The translations under genes were made by a program, and so were the position numbers. From Eledone cirrhosa (Eukaryota), in contig CAXHJY010000096.1 of assembly GCA_964016885.1 (NCBI GenBank), forward strand, positions 1,116,001-1,180,000: 64,000 nt of DNA. Reading direction: 5' to 3'. Positions within the stretch are counted from its first letter, which is position 1, and every line of letters starts with the position of its first letter. Of the stretch, positions 11,345 to 24,500 are shown one piece after another. The notes beneath the pieces were generated by a model that was not told the DNA's origin, made no database searches, and was given only the letters and a program-made list of their open reading frames with translations.

Positions 11345-14300
11345 GGGGAGATAATTTGTAAAAAAAAATCAGGGGGAGATAATTTGTAAAAAAAATGAAA
11401 GGGGAGATAATATCCAGCCGTCCAAGGGGAGATAATTTCCAGCCGTCCAAGGAGAGATAATTTCCAGCCGTCCAAGGGGAGATAATTTCCATCCTTCCAA
11501 GGGGATATAATTTCCAGCCGTCCAAGGGGAGATAATTTCCATCCTTCCAAGGGGATATAATTTCCAGCCGTCCAAGGGGAGATAATTTTCAGCCGTCCAA
11601 GGAGAGGTAATTTCTAGCCGTCCAAGGAGAGATAATTTCCAGCCGTCCAAGGGGAGATAATTTCCAGCCGTCCAAGGGGAGATAATTTCCAGCCGTCCAA
11701 GGAGACATATTTTCCAGCCGTCCAAGGAGAGGTAATTCCTAGCCGTCCAAGGGGAGATAAATTCCAGCCTCCAAGGGGAGATAATTTCCAGCCAGCCAAG
11801 GGGAGATAATTTGTAAAAAAAATCAGGGGGAGATAATTTGTAAAAAAAATCAGGGGGAGATAATTTGTAAAAAAAAATCAGGGGGAGATAATTTGTAAAA
11901 AAAATCAAGGGGAGATAATTTCCAGCCGTCCAAGGGGAGATAATTTTCAGCCGTCCAAGGGGAGATAATTTCCCGCCAGCCAAGGGAAGATAATATTCAA
12001 AAAAATCAGGCGGAGATAATTTGTAAAAAAAATCAGGGGGAGATAATTTGTAAAAAAATCAGGGGGAGATAATTTGTAAAAAAAAAATCAGGGGGAGATA
12101 ATTTGTAAAAAAAATCAGGGGGAGATAATTTGTAAAAAAAAATCAGGGGTAGATAATTTGTAAAAAAAAATCAGGGGGAGATAATTTGTAAAAAAAAATC
12201 AGGGGGAGATAATTTGTAAAAAAAATGAAAGGGGAGATAATATCCAGCCGTCCAAGGGGAGATAATTTCCAGCCGTCCAAGGGGAGATAATTTCCAGCCG
12301 TCCAAGGGGAGATAATTTCCATCCTTCCAAGGGGATATAATTTCCAGCCGTCCAAGGGGAGATAATTTCCATCCTTCCAAGGGGATATAATTTCCAGCCG
12401 TCCAAGGGGAGATAATTTTCAGCCGTCCAAGGAGAGGTAATTTCTAGCCGTCCAAGGAGAGATAATTTCCAGCCGTCCAAGGGGAGATAATTTCCAGCCG
12501 TCCAAGGGGAGATAATTTCCAGCCGTCCAAGGAGACATATTTTCCAGCCGTCCAAGGAGAGGTAATTCCTAGCCGTCCAAGGGGAGATAAATTCCAGCCT
12601 CCAAGGGGAGATAATTTCCAGCCAGCCAAGGGGAGATAATTTGTAAAAAAAATCAGGGGGAGATAATTTGTAAAAAAATCAGGGGGAGATAATTTGTAAA
12701 AAAAATCAGGGGGAGATAATTTGTAAAAAAAATCAGGGGGAGATAATTTGTAAAAAAAAATCAGGGGTAGATAATTTGTAAAAAAAAATCAGGGGGAGAT
12801 AATTTGTAAAAAAATCAAGGGGAGATAATTTCCAGCCGTCCAAGGGAAGATAATTTCCAGCCCTCCAAGGGGCTATAATTTCCAGCGTCCAAGGGGAGAT
12901 AATTTCCAGCCAGCGAAGGGGAGATAATTTTTTTAAAAAAATCATTGGGAGATTTGTAAAAAAAATCAGGGGGAGATAATTTGTAAAAAAAATCAAGGGG
13001 AGATAATTTCCAGCCGTCCAAGGGGAGGTAATATCTAGCCGTCCAAGGGTAGATAATTTCCAGCCGTCCAACGGGAGATAATTTCCAGCCGTCCAAGGGT
13101 AGATAATATCCAGCCGCCCAAGGACATATTTTCCAGCCGTCCAAGGAGAGGTAATTTCTAGCCGTCCAAGGGGAGATAATTTCCAGCCGTCCAAGGGTAG
13201 ATAATATCCAGCCGTCCAAGGACATATTTTCCAGCCGTCCAAGGAGAGGTAATTTCTAGCCGTCCAAGGGGAGATAAATTCCAGCCTCCAAGGGGAGATA
13301 ATTTCCAGCCAGCCAAGGGGAGATAATTTGTAAAAAAATCAGGGGGAGATAATTTGTAAAAAAAATCAGGGGGAGATAATTTGTAAAAAAAAATCAGGGG
13401 GAGATAATTTGTAAAAAAAAATCAGGGGGAGATAATTTGCAAAAAAAATCAGGGGGAGATAATTTGTAAAAAAAAATCAGGGGTAGATAATTTGTAAAAA
13501 AAAATCAGGGGGAGATAATTTGTAAAAAAAAATCAGGGGGAGATAATTTGTAAAAAAAATCAAGGGGAGATAATTTCCAGCCGTCCAAGGAGAGATAATT
13601 TTAAAAAAAATCAGGCGGAGATAATTTGTAAAAAAAAATCAGGGGGAGATAATTTGTAAAAAAAAATCAGGGGGAGATAATTTGTAAAAAAAAATCAGGG
13701 GGAGATAATTTGTAAAAAAAATCAGGAGGAGATAATTTGTAAAAAAAATCAAGGGGAGATAATTTCCAGCCGTCCAAGGAGAGATAATTTAAAAAAAAAT
13801 CAGGCGGAGATAATTTGTAAAAAAAAATCAGGGGGAGATAATTTGTAAAAAAAAATCAGGGGGAGATAATTTGTAAAAAAAATCAAGGGGAGATAATTTC
13901 CAGCCGTCCAAGGGGAGATAATTTTCAGCCGTCCAAGGAGAGGTAATTTCTAACCGTCCGAGGAGAGATAATTTCCAGCCGTCCAAGGGGAGATAATTTC
14001 CAGCCGTCCAAGGGGAGATAATTTCCAGCCGTCCAAGGAGACATATTTTCCAGCCGTCCAAGGAGAGGTAATTTCTAGCCGTCCAAGGGGAGATAAATTC
14101 CAGCCTCCAAGGGGAGATAATTTCCAGCCAGCCAAGGGGAGATAATTTGTAAAAAAATCAGGGGGAGATAATTTGCAAAAAAAATCAGGGGGAGATAATT
14201 TGTAAAAAAAATCAGGGGGAGATAATTTGTAAAAAATAATCAGGGGGAGATAATTTCCAGCCGTCCAAGGGAAGATAATTTCCAGCCCTCCAAGGGGCTA

Positions 14301-16270
14301 TAATTTCCAGTGTCCAAGGGGAGATAATTTCCAGCCAGCGAAGGGGAGATAATTTTTTTAAAAAAATCATTGGGAGATTTGTAAAAAAAATCAGGGGGAG
14401 ATAATTTGTAAAAAAAATCAAGGGGAGATAATTTCCAGCCGTCCAAGGGGAGGTAATATCTAGCCGTCCAAGGGGAGATAATTTCCAGCCGTCCAAGGGG
14501 AGATAATTTCCAGCCGTCCAAGGGTAGATAATATCCAGCCGCCCAAGGACATATTTTCCAGCCGTCCAAGGAGAGGTAATTTCTAGCCGTCCAAGGGGAG
14601 ATAAATTCCAGCCTCCAAGGGGAGATAATTTCCAGCCAGCCAAGGGGAGATAATTTGTAAAAAAATCAGGGGGAGATAATTTGTAAAAAAAATCAGGGGG
14701 AGATAATTTGTAAAAAAAAATCAGGGGGAGATAATTTGTAAAAAAAAATCAGGGGGAGATAATTTGCAAAAAAAATCAGGGGGAGATAATTTGTAAAAAA
14801 AAATCAGGGGTAGATAATTTGTAAAAAAAAATCAGGGGGAGATAATTTGTAAAAAAAAATCAGGGGGAGATAATTTGTAAAAAAAATCAAGGGGAGATAA
14901 TTTGTAAAAAAAATCAAGGGGAGATAATTTCCAGCCGTCCAAGGGGAGGTAATATCTAGCCGTCCAAGGGGAGATAATTTCCAGCCGTCCAAGGGGAGAT
15001 AATTTCCAGCCGTCCAAGGGTAGATAATATCCAGCCGCCCAAGGACATATTTTCCAGCCGTCCAAGGAGAGGTAATTTCTAGCCGTCCAAGGGGAGATAA
15101 ATTCCAGCCTCCAAGGGGAGATAATTTCCAGCCAGCCAAGGGGAGATAATTTGTAAAAAAATCAGGGGGAGATAATTTGTAAAAAAAATCAGGGGGAGAT
15201 AATTTGTAAAAAAAAATCAGGGGGAGATAATTTGTAAAAAAAAATCAGGGGGAGATAATTTGCAAAAAAAATCAGGGGGAGATAATTTGTAAAAAAAAAT
15301 CAGGGGTAGATAATTTGTAAAAAAAAATCAGGGGGAGATAATTTGTAAAAAAAAATCAGGGGGAGATAATTTGTAAAAAAAATCAAGGGGAGATAATTTG
15401 TAAAAAAAATCAAGGGGAGATAATTTCCAGCCGTCCAAGGGGAGGTAATATCTAGCCGTCCAAGGGGAGATAATTTCCAGCCGTCCAACGGGAGATAATT
15501 TCCAGCCGTCCAAGGGTAGATAATATCCAGCCGCCCAAGGACATATTTTCCAGCCGTCCAAGGAGAGGTAATTTCTAGCCGTCCAAGGGGAGATAATTTC
15601 CAGCCGTCCAAGGGTAGATAATATCCAGCCGTCCAAGGACATATTTTCCAGCCGTCCAAGGAGAGGTAATTTCTAGCCGTCCAAGGGGAGATAAATTCCA
15701 GCCTCCAAGGGGAGATAATTTCCAGCCAGCCAAGGGGAGATAATTTGTAAAAAAATCAGGGGGAGATAATTTGTAAAAAAAATCAGGGGGAGATAATTTG
15801 TAAAAAAAAATCAGGGGGAGATAATTTGTAAAAAAAAATCAGGGGGAGATAATTTGCAAAAAAAATCAGGGGGAGATAATTTGTAAAAAAAAATCAGGGG
15901 TAGATAATTTGTAAAAAAAAATCAGGGGGAGATAATTTGTAAAAAAAAATCAGGGGGAGATAATTTGTAAAAAAAATCAAGGGGAGATAATTTCCAGCCG
16001 TCCAAGGAGATTATAATTTTAAAAAAAATCAGGCGGAGATAATTTGTAAAAAAAAATCAGGGGGAGATAATTTGTAAAAAAAAATCAGGGGGAGATAATT
16101 TGTAAAAAAAAATCAGGGGGAGATAATTTGTAAAAAAAATCAGGAGGAGATAATTTGTAAAAAAAATCAAGGGGAGATAATTTCCAGCCGTCCAAGGAGA
16201 GATAATTTAAAAAAAAATCAGGCGGAGATAATTTGTAAAAAAAAATCAGGGGGAGATAATTTGTAAAAAA
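11345..16270 (+). repeat. Copy 2 of the ~4.9 kb segment (1140-6065)
   Basis: Constant 10,204-10,205 offset in the ORF track and shared rare variants. Confidence 0.88.
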
Positions 16271-17320
16271 AAATCAGGTGGAGATAATTTGTAAAAAAAA
16301 TCAAGGGGAGATAATTTCCAGCCGTCCAAGGGGAGATAATTTTCAGCCGTCCAAGGAGAGGTAATTTCTAACCGTCCGAGGAGAGATAATTTCCAGCCGT
16401 CCAAGGGGAGATAATTTCCAGCCGTCCAAGGGGAGATAATTTCCAGCCGTCCAAGGAGACATATTTTCCAGCCGTCCAAGGAGAGGTAATTTCTAGCCGT
16501 CCAAGGGGAGATAAATTCCAGCCTCCAAGGGGAGATAATTTCCAGCCAGCCAAGGGGAGATAATTTGTAAAAAAATCAGGGGGAGATAATTTGCAAAAAA
16601 AATCAGGGTGAGATAATTTGTAAAAAAAATCAGGGGGAGATAATTTGTAAAAAATAATCAGGGGGAGATAATTTCCAGCCGTCCAAGGGAAGATAATTTC
16701 CAGCCCTCCAAGGGGCTATAATTTCCAGTGTCCAAGGGGAGATAATTTCCAGCCAGCGAAGGGGAGATAATTTTTTTAAAAAAATCATTGGGAGATTTGT
16801 AAAAAAAATCAGGGGGAGATAATTTGTAAAAAAAATCAAGGGGAGATAATTTCCAGCCGTCCAAGGGGAGGTAATATCTAGCCGTCCAAGGGGAGATAAT
16901 TTCCAGCCGTCCAAGGGGAGATAATTTCCAGCCGTCCAAGGGTAGATAATATCCAGCCGCCCAAGGACATATTTTCCAGCCGTCCAAGGAGAGGTAATTT
17001 CTAGCCGTCCAAGGGGAGATAAATTCCAGCCTCCAAGGGGAGATAATTTCCAGCCAGCCAAGGGGAGATAATTTGTAAAAAAATCAGGGGGAGGTAATTT
17101 GTAAAAAAAATCAGGGGGAGATAATTTGTAAAAAAAAATCAGGGGGAGATAATTTGTAAAAAAAAATCAGGGGGAGATAATTTGCAAAAAAAATCAGGGG
17201 GAGATAATTTGTAAAAAAAAATCAGGGGTAGATAATTTGTAAAAAAAAATCAGGGGGAGATAATTTGTAAAAAAAAATCAGGGGGAGATAATTTGTAAAA
17301 AAAATCAAGGGGAGATAATT
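13040..17320 (+). repeat. Duplication with a 2,417-2,418 bp period
   Basis: ORF pairs 13828/16246 and 14212/16630. Markers TAACCGTCCGAGG at 13951 and 16369, and CAGTGTCC at 14308 and 16726. Confidence 0.82.
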
Positions 17321-18750
17321 TCCAGCCGTCCAAGGAGAGATAATTTTAAAAAAAATCAGGCGGAGATAATTTGTAAAAAAAAATCAGGGGGAGATAATTT
17401 GTAAAAAAAATCAGGGGGAGATAATTTGTAAAAAAAAATCAGGGGTAGATAATTTGTAAAAAAAAAATCAGGGGGAGATAATTTGTAAAAAAAAATCAGG
17501 GGGAGATAATTTGTAAAAAAAATCAAGGGGAGATAATTTCCAGCCGTCCAAGGAGAGATAATTTAAAAAAAAATCAGGCGGAGATAATTTGTAAAAAAAA
17601 ATTAGGGGGAGATAATTTGTAAAAAAAAATCAGGGGGAGATAATTTGTAAAAAAAATCAAGGGGAGATAATTTCCAGCCGTCCAAGGGGAGATAATTTTC
17701 AGCCGTCCAAGGGGAGATAATTTCCCGCCAGCCAAGGGAAGATAATATTCAAAAAAATCAGGCGGAGATAATTTGTAAAAAAAATCAGGGGGAGATAATT
17801 TGTAAAAAAATCAGGGGGAGATAATTTGTAAAAAAAAAAATCAGGGGGAGATAATTTGTAAAAAAAATCAGGGGGAGATAATTTGTAAAAAAAAATCAGG
17901 GGTAGATAATTTGTAAAAAAAAATCAGGGGGAGATAATTTGTAAAAAAAAATCAGGGGGAGATAATTTGTAAAAAAAATGAAAGGGGAGATAATATCCAG
18001 CCGTCCAAGGGGAGATAATTTCCAGCCGTCCAAGGGGAGATAATTTCCAGCCGTCCAAGGGGAGAAAATTTCCATCCTTCCAAGGGGATATAATTTCCAG
18101 CCGTCCAAGGGGAGATAATTTCCATCCTTCCAAGGGGATATAATTTCCAGCCGTCCAAGGGGAGATAATTTTCAGCCGTCCAAGGAGAGGTAATTTCTAG
18201 CCGTCCAAGGAGAGATAATTTCCAGCCGTCCAAGGGGAGATAATTTCCAGCCGTCCAAGGGGAGATAATTTCCAGCCGTCCAAGGAGACATATTTTCCAG
18301 CCGTCCAAGGAGAGGTAATTCCTAGCCGTCCAAGGGGAGATAAATTCCAGCCTCCAAGGGGAGATAATTTCCAGCCAGCCAAGGGGAGATAATTTGTAAA
18401 AAAAATCAGGGGGAGATAATTTCTAAAAAAAATCAGGGGGAGATAATTTGTAAAAAAAAATCAGGGGGAGATAATTTGTAAAAAATAATCAGGGGGAGAT
18501 AATTTGTAAAAAAAATCAAGGGGAGATAATTTCCAGCCGTCCAAGGGGAGATAATTTTCAGCCGTCCAAGGGGAGATAATTTCCCGCCAGCCAAGGGAAG
18601 ATAATATTTAAAAAAATTAGGCGGAGATAATTTGTAAAAAAAATCAGGGGGAGATAATTTGTAAAAAAATCAGGGGGAGATAATTTGTAAAAAAAATCAG
18701 GGGGAGATAATTTGTAAAAAAAATCAGGGGGAGATAATTTGTAAAAAAAA
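17180..18750 (+). repeat. Dispersed copy of ~9690-11250 (offset ~7,494)
   Basis: Shared rare variants ATTAGGGGG (~10107/17601), GGAGAAAATTTCCATCC (10567/18061) and GATAATTTCTAAAA (10921/~18415). ORF pair 10402/17896. Confidence 0.8.
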
Positions 18751-21199
18751 ATCAGGGGTAGATAATTTGTAAAAAAAAATCAGGGGGAGATAATTTGTAA
18801 AAAAAAATCAGGGGGAGATAATTTGTAAAAAAAATCAAGGGGAGATAATTTCCAGCCGTCCAAGGAGAGATAATTTTAAAAAAAATAAGGCGGAGATAAT
18901 TTGTAAAAAAAAATCAGGGGGAGATAATTTGTAAAAAAAATCAAGGGGAGATAATTTCCAGCCGTCCAAGGGGAGATAATTTTCAGCCGTCCAAGGGGAG
19001 ATAATTTCCCGCCAGCCAAGGGAAGATAATATTCAAAAAAATCAGGCGGAGATAATTTGTAAAAAAAATCAGGGGGAGATAATTTGTAAAAAAATCAGGG
19101 GGAGATAATTTGTAAAAAAAAAAATCAGGGGGAGATAATTTGTAAAAAAAATCAGGGGGAGATAATTTGTAAAAAAAATCAGGGGTAGATAATTTGTAAA
19201 AAAAAATCAGGGGGAGATAATTTGTAAAAAAAAATCAGGGGGAGATAATTTGTAAAAAAAATGAAAGGGGAGATAATATCCAGCCGTCCAAGGGGAGATA
19301 ATTTCCAGCCGTCCAAGGGGAGATAATTTCCAGCCGTCCAAGGGGAGATAATTTCCATCCTTCCAAGGGGATATAATTTCCAGCCGTCCAAGGGGAGATA
19401 ATTTCCATCCTTCCAAGGGGATATAATTTCCAGCCGTCCAAGGGGAGATAATTTTCAGCCGTCCAAGGAGAGGTAATTTCTAGTCGTCCAAGGAGAGATA
19501 ATTTCCAGCCGTCCAAGGGGAGATAATTTCCAGCCGTCCAAGGGGAGATAATTTCCAGCCGTCCAAGGAGACATATTTTCCAGCCGTCCAAGGAGAGGTA
19601 ATTCCTAGCCGTCCAAGGGGAGATAAATTCCAGCCTCCAAGGGGAGATAATTTCCAGCCAGCCAAGGGGAGATAATTTGTAAAAAAAATCAGGGGGAGAT
19701 AATTTGTAAAAAAAATCAGGGGGAGATAATTTGTAAAAAAAAATCAGGGGGAGATAATTTGTAAAAAATAATCAGGGGGAGATAATTTGTAAAAAAAATC
19801 AAGGGGAGATAATTTCCAGCCGTCCAAGGGGAGATAATTTTCAGCCGTCCAAGGGGAGATAATTTCCCGCCAGCCAAGGGAAGATAATATTTTAAAAAAT
19901 TAGGCGGAGATAATTTGTAAAAAAAATCAGGGGGAGATAATTTGTAAAAAAATCAGGGGGAGATAATTTGTAAAAAAAATCAGGGGGAGATAATTTGTAA
20001 AAAAAATCAGGGGGAGATAATTTGTAAAAAAAAATCAGGGGTAGATAATTTGTAAAAAAAAATCAGGGGGAGATAATTTGTAAAAAAAATCAAGGGGAGA
20101 TAATTTCCAGCCGTCCAAGGGAAGATAATTTCCAGCCCTCCAAGGGGCTATAATTTCCAGCGTCCAAGGGGAGATAATTTCCAGCCAGCGAAGGGGAGAT
20201 AATTTTTTTAAAAAAATCATTGGGAGATTTGTAAAAAAAATCAGGGGGAGATAATTTGTAAAAAAAATCAAGGGGAGATAATTTCCAGCCGTCCAAGGGG
20301 AGGTAATATCTAGCCGTCCAAGGGTAGATAATTTCCAGCCGTCCAACGGGAGATAATTTCCAGCCGTCCAAGGGTAGATAATATCCAGCCGCCCAAGGAC
20401 ACATTTTCCAGCCGTCCAAGGAGAGGTAATTTCTAGCCGTCCAAGGGGAGATAATTTCCAGCCGTCCAAGGGTAGATAATATCCAGCCGTCCAAGGACAT
20501 ATTTTCCAGCCGTCCAAGGAGAGGTAATTTCTAGCCGTCCAAGGGGAGATAAATTCCAGCCTCCAAGGGGAGATAATTTCCAGCCAGCCAAGGGGAGATA
20601 ATTTGTAAAAAAATCAGGGGGAGATAATTTGTAAAAAAAATCAGGGGGAGATAATTTGTAAAAAAAAATCAGGGGGAGATAATTTGTAAAAAAAAATCAG
20701 GGGGAGATAATTTGCAAAAAAAATCAGGGGGAGATAATTTGTAAAAAAAAATCAGGGGTAGATAATTTGTAAAAAAAAATCAGGGGGAGATAATTTGTAA
20801 AAAAAAATCAGGGGGAGATAATTTGTAAAAAAAATCAAGGGGAGATAATTTCCAGCCGTCCAAGGAGAGATAATTTTAAAAAAAATCAGGCGGAGATAAT
20901 TTGTAAAAAAAAATCAGGGGGAGATAATTTGTAAAAAAAAATCAGGGGGAGATAATTTGTAAAAAAAAATCAGGGGGAGATAATTTGTAAAAAAAATCAG
21001 GAGATAATTTGTAAAAAAAATCAAGGGGAGATAATTTCCAGCCGTCCAAGGAGAGATAATTTAAAAAAAAATCAGGCGGAGATAATTTGTAAAAAAAAAT
21101 CAGGGGGAGATAATTTGTAAAAAAAAATCAGGGGGAGATAATTTGTAAAAAAAATCAAGGGGAGATAATTTCCAGCCGTCCAAGGGGAGATAATTTTCA

Positions 21200-24100
21200 G
21201 CCGTCCAAGGGGAGATAATTTCCCGCCAGCCAAGGGAAGATAATATTCAAAAAAATCAGGCGGAGATAATTTGTAAAAAAAATCAGGGGGAGATAATTTG
21301 TAAAAAAATCAGGGGGAGATAATTTGTAAAAAAAAAAATCAGGGGGAGATAATTTTTAAAAAAAATCAGGGGGAGATAATTTGTAAAAAAAAATCAGGGG
21401 TAGATAATTTGTAAAAAAAAATCAGGGGGAGATAATTTGTAAAAAAAAATCAGGGGGAGATAATTTGTAAAAAAAATGAAAGGGGAGATAATATCCAGCC
21501 GTCCAAGGGGAGATAATTTCCAGCCGTCCAAGGGGAGATAATTTCCAGCCGTCCAAGGGGAGATAATTTCCATCCTTCCAAGGGGATATAATTTCCAGCC
21601 GTCCAAGGGGAGATAATTTCCATCCTTCCAAGGGGATATAATTTCCAGCCGTCCAAGGGGAGATAATTTTCAGCCGTCCAAGGAGAGGTAATTTCTAGCC
21701 GTCCAAGGAGAGATAATTTCCAGCCGTCCAAGGGGAGATAATTTCCAGCCGTCCAAGGGGAGATAATTTCCAGCCGTCCAAGGAGACATATTTTCCAGCC
21801 GTCCAAGGAGAGGTAATTCCTAGCCGTCCAAGGGGAGATAAATTCCAGCCTCCAAGGGGAGATAATTTCCAGCCAGCCAAGGGGAGATAATTTGTAAAAA
21901 AAATCAGGGGGAGATAATTTGTAAAAAAAATCAGGGGGAGATAATTTGTAAAAAAAAATCAGGGGGAGATAATTTGTAAAAAATAATCAGGGGGAGATAA
22001 TTTGTAAAAAAAATCAAGGGGAGATAATTTCCAGCCGTCCAAGGGGAGATAATTTTCAGCCGTCCAAGGGGAGATAATTTCCCGCCAGCCAAGGGAAGAT
22101 AATATTTTAAAAAATTAGGCGGAGATAATTTGTAAAAAAAATCAGGGGGAGATAATTTGTAAAAAAATCAGGGGGAGATAATTTGTAAAAAAAATCAGGG
22201 GGAGATAATTTGTAAAAAAAATCAGGGGGAGATAATTTGTAAAAAAAATTCAGGGGGAGATAATTTGTAAAAAAAATCAAGGGGAGATAATTTCCAGCCG
22301 TCCAAGGGAAGATAATTTCCAGCCCTCCAAGGGGCTATAATTTCCAGCGTCCAAGGGGAGATAATTTCCAGCCAGCGAAGGGGAGATAATTTTTTTTTAA
22401 AAATCATTGGGAGATTTGTAAAAAAAATCAGGGGGAGATAATTTGTAAAAAAAATCAAGGGGAGATAATTTCCAGCCCTCCAAGGGGAGGTAATATCTAG
22501 CCGTCCAAGGGGAGATAATTTCCAGCCGTCCAAGGGGAGATAATTTCCAGCCGTCCAAGGGTAGATAATATCCAGCCGTCCAAGGACATATTTTCCAGCC
22601 GTCCAAGGAGAGGTAATTTCTAGCCGTCCAAGGGGAGATAAATTCCAGCCTCCAAGGTGAGATAATTTCCAGCCAGCCAAGGGGAGATAATTTGTAAAAA
22701 AATCAGGGGGAGATAATTTGTAAAAAAAATCAGGGGGAGATAATTTGTAAAAAAAAATCAGGGGGAGATAATTTGTAAAAAAAATCAGGGGGAGATAATT
22801 TGTAAAAAAAAATCAGGGGGAGATAATTTGTAAAAAAAATCAAGGGGAGATAATTTCCAGCCGTCCAAGGGGAGATAATTTCCCGCCAGCCAAGGGAAGA
22901 TAATATTTAAAAAAATCAGGCGGAGATAATTTGTAAAAAAAATCAGGGGGAGATAATTTGTAAAAAAATCAGGGGGAGATAATTTGTAAAAAAAAAAATC
23001 AGGGGGAGATAATTTTTAAAAAAAATCAGGGGGAGATAATTTGTAAAAAAAAATCAGGGGTAGATAATTTGTAAAAAAAAATCAGGGGGAGATAATTTGT
23101 AAAAAAAAATCAGGGGGAGATAATTTGTAAAAAAAATGAAAGGGGAGATAATATCCAGCCGTCCAAGGGGAGATAATTTCCAGCCGTCCAAGGGGAGATA
23201 ATTTCCAGCCGTCCAAGGGGAGATAATTTCCATCCTTCCAAGGGGATATAATTTCCAGCCGTCCAAGGGGAGATAATTTCCATCCTTCCAAGGGGATATA
23301 ATTTCCAGCCGTCCAAGGGGAGATAATTTTCAGCCGTCCAAGGAGAGGTAATTTCTAGCCGTCCAAGGAGAGATAATTTCCAGCCGTCCAAGGGGAGATA
23401 ATTTCCAGCCGTCCAAGGGGAGATAATTTCCAGCCGTCCAAGGAGACATATTTTCCAGCCGTCCAAGGAGAGGTAATTCCTAGCCGTCCAAGGGGAGATA
23501 AATTCCAGCCTCCAAGGGGAGATAATTTCCAGCCAGCCAAGGGGAGATAATTTGTAAAAAAAATCAGGGGGAGATAATTTGTAAAAAAAATCAGGGGGAG
23601 ATAATTTGTAAAAAAAAATCAGGGGGAGATAATTTGTAAAAAATAATCAGGGGGAGATAATTTGTAAAAAAAATCAAGGGGAGATAATTTCCAGCCGTCC
23701 AAGGGGAGATAATTTTCAGCCGTCCAAGGGGAGATAATTTCCCGCCAGCCAAGGGAAGATAATATTTAAAAAAATTAGGCGGAGATAATTTGTAAAAAAA
23801 ATCAGGGGGAGATAATTTGTAAAAAAATCAGGGGGAGATAATTTGTAAAAAAAATCAGGGGGAGATAATTTGTAAAAAAAATCAGGGGGAGATAATTTGT
23901 AAAAAAAATTCAGGGGGAGATAATTTGTAAAAAAAATCAAGGGGAGATAATTTCCAGCCGTCCAAGGGAAGATAATTTCCAGCCCTCCAAGGGGCTATAA
24001 TTTCCAGCGTCCAAGGGGAGATAATTTCCAGCCAGCGAAGGGGAGATAATTTTTTTTTAAAAATCATTGGGAGATTTGTAAAAAAAATCAGGGGGAGATA

Positions 24101-24500
24101 ATTTGTAAAAAAAATCAAGGGGAGATAATTTCCAGCCCTCCAAGGGGAAGTAATATCTAGCCGTCCAAGGGGAGATAATTTCCAGCCGTCCAAGGGGAGA
24201 TAATTTCCAGCCGTCCAAGGGTAGATAATATCCAGCCGTCCAAGGACATATTTTCCAGCCGTCCAAGGAGAGGTAATTTCTAGCCGTCCAAGGGGAGATA
24301 AATTCCAGCCTCCAAGGTGAGATAATTTCCAGCCAGCCAAGGGGAGATAATTTGTAAAAAAATCAGGGGGAGATAATTTGTAAAAAAAATCAGGGGGAGA
24401 TAATTTGTAAAAAAAAATCAGGGGGAGATAATTTGTAAAAAAAATCAGGGGGAGATAATTTGTAAAAAAAAATCAGGGGGAGATAATTTGTAAAAAAAAA
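21200..24500 (+). repeat. Tandem duplication with a 1,660 bp period
   Basis: ORF pairs 21394/23054, 22222/23882 and 22397/24057. The marker AAAAAAAATTCAGG occurs at 22241 and 23901. Confidence 0.87.
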
